Source: Candidatus Velthaea sp.
GTDB taxonomy: Bacteria; Vulcanimicrobiota; Vulcanimicrobiia; Vulcanimicrobiales; Vulcanimicrobiaceae
Reading direction: 5' to 3'
NCBI GenBank assembly: GCA_050012475.1
Contig: JBEKHC010000091.1
Location: 1 to 20,465, forward strand
DNA: 20,465 nt
Positions 16,871 to 20,465 of the stretch are shown piece after piece; within the stretch, counting starts at the first letter, position 1; each line of letters begins with the position of its first letter. Under the pieces are notes generated by a model, which was not told where the DNA came from, searched no databases, and saw only the letters and a list, made by a program, of their open reading frames with translations. A program made the position numbers and the translations under genes.

Positions 16871-17250
16871 GAAACGTCGCCCGCCAGCGCGATCAGCGCA
16901 AACCGCCGCTCGTCGTCCGCGAGCGCCTGCGCCTCAATCGCCTTACGCAGCGTCGGCAATCCGTCGCGCACGAACGCCCGCGCGGCGGACTCCTTCGTGT
17001 CGGCGATTGCCCGCAACAATTGCAGCGCGTCGTCGACCGCCCGCGCGACGCCGTCGCGAATCGCGCGTTCGGCCTGCGCCGCCGGAACCGGCGTGCCTGC
17101 TGTGTGCGTCGCCAACATCAAGACGTAATCCAGCGCCGCCGCCGATGCCAACAGCTGCGGCGCTTGCCGCGCGATCTCGGCCTGCGCGCGATACTCGCGC
17201 ACGCCGCCCATGAGCAATGCCTGCAAATCGACGACGTCGCGCGGGTTCAT
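16864..17250 (-). CDS. Hypothetical Ala-rich helical protein
   Basis: Fills the gap between the Nudix and hydrolase genes in the same direction; 7-bp overlap with the downstream gene. Confidence 0.65.
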   Translation of the reverse strand: MNPRDVVDLQALLMGGVREYRAQAEIARQAPQLLASAAALDYVLMLATHTAGTPVPAAQAERAIRDGVARAVDDALQLLRAIADTKESAARAFVRDGLPTLRKAIEAQALADDERRFALIALAGDVSW

Positions 17251-17269
17251 TTCACTGCGGCCGGGTGCG

Positions 17270-17797
17270 CTAACGCGTCGTCAGCGCCCACATCACGGCG
17301 ATCTGCGTTTTCGCGTCGGGCAACCGGTTCGCCACAATCATGGCCTGCAGCTCGTCCAACTCGAAGGTGCGCGTTTCGATGTCTTCGCCCTCGTCGAAAT
17401 CCGTCGCGCCGGGCTCGAAATCGTCGGTGACGAAAAAATGCAGCAGTTCGGTACAAAATCCGGGTGCCGAATAGGCGGTCCATAAGGGCCGGATCGAGCG
17501 CGCGCGCAGACCGGTCTCTTCACGCAGTTCGCGCAGGGCTGCGTCGCGCGGCTCTTCGCCGGGATCGATTCCGCCGGCACAGACTTCCCACGTGTGCATC
17601 GCTAACGCCGGGCGGTACTGACGCACGAGGACCAGCTGATTCGGCGACGGAGCGGCGATCACCGCAACGGCTCCCGAGTGTTCGACGACCTCGTACGAAT
17701 GCTCGCCGCGCGGCGTTCGCAGCGTGTCGACACGGATGTTAATGACACGGCCTTCATAGGGCCGCCGAGTCGCGAGTAGCTCCATGTCGTCCCCCAT
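17270..17797 (-). CDS. Nudix hydrolase, ADP-ribose pyrophosphatase (NudF)-like
   Basis: Nudix box GGIDPGEEPRDAALRELREETGL, VVEHSGAV, LVRQYR, YSAPGFCTE, DAKT; start ATG 17797 (leaderless) or 17785. Confidence 0.9.
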   Translation of the reverse strand: MGDDMELLATRRPYEGRVINIRVDTLRTPRGEHSYEVVEHSGAVAVIAAPSPNQLVLVRQYRPALAMHTWEVCAGGIDPGEEPRDAALRELREETGLRARSIRPLWTAYSAPGFCTELLHFFVTDDFEPGATDFDEGEDIETRTFELDELQAMIVANRLPDAKTQIAVMWALTTR

Positions 17798-17803
17798 ACG
17801 CGG

Positions 17804-17814
17804 TATACTACACA
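17804..17814. promoter_or_regulatory. Overlapping divergent -10 elements (candidate bidirectional promoter)
   Basis: Plus strand TATACT 17804-17809; minus strand TGTG-TAGTAT 17814..17805. Confidence 0.55.
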
Positions 17815-17818
17815 GACC

Positions 17819-18088
17819 ATGCAATATGAAACACCCCAACAACATCAACAAAAGGACATCCCCGACGAAGCCGCCCGCAAACTCGGATCGGCACAGCCGA
17901 GTTCCGACTCCTTGGATGCAGTAGGTGCGGCGCCGGCGGGCGTACCGCTCGAACGCGTGAACGCCGAGCGCCTGCCCCGGGAGATCCTTCCCGTCGAAGC
18001 CCTCCCCGTCGAGAAGCAAGGGGGCGACTACATGACGCCTGAAACCCGTCCGCGCGACATCCGCCCCCGCGAATACCGCCCCGTCTAA
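17819..18088 (+). CDS. Small Pro/Glu/Arg-rich, probably disordered hypothetical protein
   Basis: ATG 9 nt after TATACT; fills otherwise gene-free space; no recognisable domain. Confidence 0.55.
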   Translation: MQYETPQQHQQKDIPDEAARKLGSAQPSSDSLDAVGAAPAGVPLERVNAERLPREILPVEALPVEKQGGDYMTPETRPRDIRPREYRPV

Positions 18089-18105
18089 GCTGAATTCGGC
18101 TCGGC

Positions 18106-18161
18106 TTCGCTCGCCGAATCCTTTTCGCTCGCCGAATCCTTGGGATCGACTTCGTCGATCC
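18106..18161. repeat. Exact tandem 18-bp duplication (TTCGCTCGCCGAATCCTT x2) plus perfect hairpin GGATCGAC-TTC-GTCGATCC
   Basis: Copies at 18106-18123 and 18124-18141; hairpin 18143-18161; lies between convergent genes. Confidence 0.85.
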
Positions 18162-18183
18162 GCCGCATTTGGGGCTTCGCCGG

Positions 18184-19065
18184 CTAAACGACGGTCGTCG
18201 CCGACAACTCCTCCAGGATCGTCGGGCGGTGCGGTTCCCAGCCCAGTTCGCGCGCGGCGCGGTCCGACGAGACCTGAAGGTCGGCAGCGAGCGCGTCGGC
18301 GATCGGGCCCATCGTCCGGCGCGCGTCTTCGAGCGCGATGTGCTCGATGCTGCCGTCGCTCCCGGCCGCGCGCGACGCCGCCCGGGCGATCTCGACGTAC
18401 GGAACGGCTGCGCCGCGGGAAGCATTGTAGACCGAGCCGCGTTCCGCACGCTCGAGCGCCAGAACGTAGAGTTCGGCCAGCGCGTCCACCCGCACGCAGC
18501 TCCAGCGGTTGGTTCCGTCCCCGACGACGTGCACCCGCGCGCGCCGCCCTTGGTCGACCATGCCGCCGACGAGGCCCCCCCCGTCACCGTACACGATCGC
18601 CGGCCGAATGACGATCGTGCGCAGATGGTGCGCGGCCGCTCCCAGGACCCGCCGCTCGTGCGAAGGCCGCCAAGCAACGAACGGGGTGGGCGCCAGCGGA
18701 GCGTCCTCGCCCACGATCGCGTCGCCGCGGCTGCCGTAGACCCAGATGCCGCTGGTGTAAACGAACGCTTCGTGGTCGCTGTTGATCGCGTCGAGCATCA
18801 CGTCCAGGGCGGCGCCCTCGAGCTCGGGAGCGTGCTGCCCGCCCGGGAAGCCGCAGTGCACCACGCCGTCGGCGTCGCGAACCATCTCGTGCAAGACCGC
18901 GCTGTCTTCCATGTCGCCGGCAACGGGATGGATCCCGGCTCGCAGCAGCTTCTCGATCGCCGAGTCGTTGCGCGCGAGCCCGACCACATCGTGGCCATGG
19001 CGCTTGAGTTCCGCAGCGACGTGAGCGCCGATGTACCCCGTTGCTCCGGTCATGAAGACCCGCAT
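18184..19065 (-). CDS. NAD-dependent epimerase/dehydratase family (atypical SDR)
   Basis: MRVFMTGATGYIG, FVYTSGIWVYG, IRPAIVYG, ARELGWEP; start ATG 19065, just after the upstream stop. Confidence 0.9.
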   Translation of the reverse strand: MRVFMTGATGYIGAHVAAELKRHGHDVVGLARNDSAIEKLLRAGIHPVAGDMEDSAVLHEMVRDADGVVHCGFPGGQHAPELEGAALDVMLDAINSDHEAFVYTSGIWVYGSRGDAIVGEDAPLAPTPFVAWRPSHERRVLGAAAHHLRTIVIRPAIVYGDGGGLVGGMVDQGRRARVHVVGDGTNRWSCVRVDALAELYVLALERAERGSVYNASRGAAVPYVEIARAASRAAGSDGSIEHIALEDARRTMGPIADALAADLQVSSDRAARELGWEPHRPTILEELSATTVV

Positions 19066-19069
19066 GTTC

Positions 19070-19429
19070 CTAGGTGCCTCCGGCGACATTTCTGCGCGCC
19101 CAGATCGTGATGATATCGAAGACGATGGCCACTTCGGCTGCCGCGATGCACGAACCGGGAACCCATTTGGCCGGGGCGAGTACGTCCCACAGCGCCAAAA
19201 CGGCGGCAACCAGGTACGCCACGTATTTAGTGATGACGATGCGCGTCTCATCGCTGGGCAACCGGTATGCGCGCCGGAGCCCGACCGAGGAGCCGACGAT
19301 GATCAAGACGATCGCGGCGGCCGCCAGCCCGCGGTGCGTGCCGAGGTTCGTCAGCACCAGCCGCCCGCCGTAGGCCACGAGGAGCGCGATGACGCCCAAA
19401 GCGGCGATCTCGCCGAACCGGGAATTCAT
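19070..19429 (-). CDS. Small hypothetical membrane protein (about 4 TM segments)
   Basis: ATG 19429 (MNSRFGEIAALG...), 119 aa, four hydrophobic stretches; C-terminal part of the 381-aa track ORF. Confidence 0.7.
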   Translation of the reverse strand: MNSRFGEIAALGVIALLVAYGGRLVLTNLGTHRGLAAAAIVLIIVGSSVGLRRAYRLPSDETRIVITKYVAYLVAAVLALWDVLAPAKWVPGSCIAAAEVAIVFDIITIWARRNVAGGT

Positions 19430-19501
19430 CGCGGAGCCCTTTTCGCCATGGACGAAGCTTCGGCAAGGGAGCCATGACTCCGGCGAAGGAATCGTGGGCC
19501 G

Positions 19502-20290
19502 GTGCCGACCGAGCTGGGCCTCCACAATCCGCGCGGCGAGCGCGTTCGGGAGCTGCGTTCCGCCCGCGGCCGGTGCGAGCAGGGACGGTTCGCGATCGAA
19601 GGGCCGACGCTCATCGGGGAAGCGCTCCAGAGCGGCATCACGATCCGTGAAATCTACGCCGTCGCCGACCGCTTGGCCGACCATCCGGAGATCGCCGCGC
19701 TCGAAAGCCCGACGCTGCCGATGTTTGCGGTCTCGTCGCGTCAGTACGCACGCTGGTCGGAACTCGAATCGCCGCCCGGCATCCTCGCCGTCGTCGAGAC
19801 GCCGGTGGGCGACCCCCACGCCATCCTGGCCCGGCCGGGCACCGTCTTGCTCCTGGCGGGCATCAGCGACCCCGGAAACGCCGGCACGCTGCTGCGCTCC
19901 GCCGAGGCGTTCGGAGCGGCGGGCGCGCTCTTCGGCCGCGGCGGGGTCGACCCGTATACGCCCAAAGTCGTACGCGCGGCGATGGGCTCTCTGTTTCGCC
20001 TGCCGGTGGCCACCGTCGATGCCGGCTGGCTCAGCCCGGCGGCGAAGGCCGCAAACCGGCTCGTCGTCGCCACTGACGTTACCGGCGACGATATTGCCCG
20101 GACGGCCCTGCCCCCCAACGTGATTCTGGCAATCGGGAACGAGCGGCGCGGGGTTCGCGACTTCCTCGCCGGCTGGGACGTTTGCGTGCAGATCCCGCAT
20201 CAGGGACCGGCCCAAAGCTTGAATGCAGCCGTCGCCGGAAGCATCTTGCTGTACGTCCTTTCACGCCCGGATAAAAAAGCTTGTCAATAG
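19502..20290 (+). CDS. TrmH/SpoU-family RNA 2'-O-methyltransferase
   Basis: FAIEG, ISDPGNAGTLLRSAEAFG, KVVRAAMGS, IGNERRG, SLNAAVAGSILLY. Confidence 0.93.
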   Translation: MPTELGLHNPRGERVRELRSARGRCEQGRFAIEGPTLIGEALQSGITIREIYAVADRLADHPEIAALESPTLPMFAVSSRQYARWSELESPPGILAVVETPVGDPHAILARPGTVLLLAGISDPGNAGTLLRSAEAFGAAGALFGRGGVDPYTPKVVRAAMGSLFRLPVATVDAGWLSPAAKAANRLVVATDVTGDDIARTALPPNVILAIGNERRGVRDFLAGWDVCVQIPHQGPAQSLNAAVAGSILLYVLSRPDKKACQ

Positions 20291-20335
20291 CTTGTCAATA
20301 GTTTTGTCAACCCGCACGAAAACGTTGCTTGTCAA
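20278..20335. repeat. Four TTGTCAA direct repeats (first two as exact AGCTTGTCAAT 11-mers)
   Basis: TTGTCAA at 20281, 20292, 20304 and 20329. Confidence 0.85.
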
Positions 20336-20338
20336 GTC

Positions 20339-20367
20339 TTGGCGGCTCACTACCGCAATGTTATACT
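20339..20367 (+). promoter_or_regulatory. Sigma70-type promoter with extended -10 for a gene at or beyond the right edge
   Basis: TTGGCG - 17 bp - TATACT, with TGn immediately before the -10. Confidence 0.7.
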
Positions 20368-20465
20368 CGCTGCAACAGCGTCAGGACCCACCTCGATAGC
20401 GGCCGAACATTTTACGCTCGAAACGTTGGACAAAGGGGTATCGCCGACAGATGCGCACTTCGGAG

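Noticed and set aside
18106..18141. Possible mini-CRISPR
   Set aside because: Two abutting 18-bp copies with no spacer and no cas genes
19430..20215. 381-aa minus-strand ORF extension
   Set aside because: Antisense to trmH; only the last 119 aa look like a real membrane protein
20451..20465. Possible start of the next CDS (ATG CGC ACT TCG GAG)
   Set aside because: Only five codons visible and RBS spacing is long; cannot be supported

Overview
GC-rich bacterial chromosomal window with no mobile elements, CRISPR arrays, rRNA or tRNA. Gene style tentatively suggests a Terrabacteria soil lineage such as Ca. Eremiobacterota; this is inference only. Left third: a minus-strand cluster encoding a lanthanide-type PQQ methanol/alcohol dehydrogenase (XoxF, WDYDG motif), XoxJ/MxaJ, a cytoplasmic DUF5069-like protein, a monohaem cytochrome c, a DUF3280/DUF2380-like protein, a beta-hydroxyacid dehydrogenase with an unusual substrate loop and an alpha/beta hydrolase. 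Divergent from it is a NarL/LuxR regulator whose receiver domain lacks the phosphorylation residues. Middle: MeaB-type GTPase, tricorn protease, and a GT87 glycosyltransferase coupled to a SAM methyltransferase. Right: infC (AUA start)-rpmI-rplT with a sigma70 promoter, L20-leader-like attenuator and terminator, then DUF4126, a hydrolase, a hypothetical, a Nudix hydrolase, a small disordered ORF, an atypical SDR, a membrane protein and a TrmH methyltransferase, followed by a TTGTCAA repeat array and promoter. The best candidate for an undescribed system is the extended xoxF cluster with its pseudo-receiver regulator.
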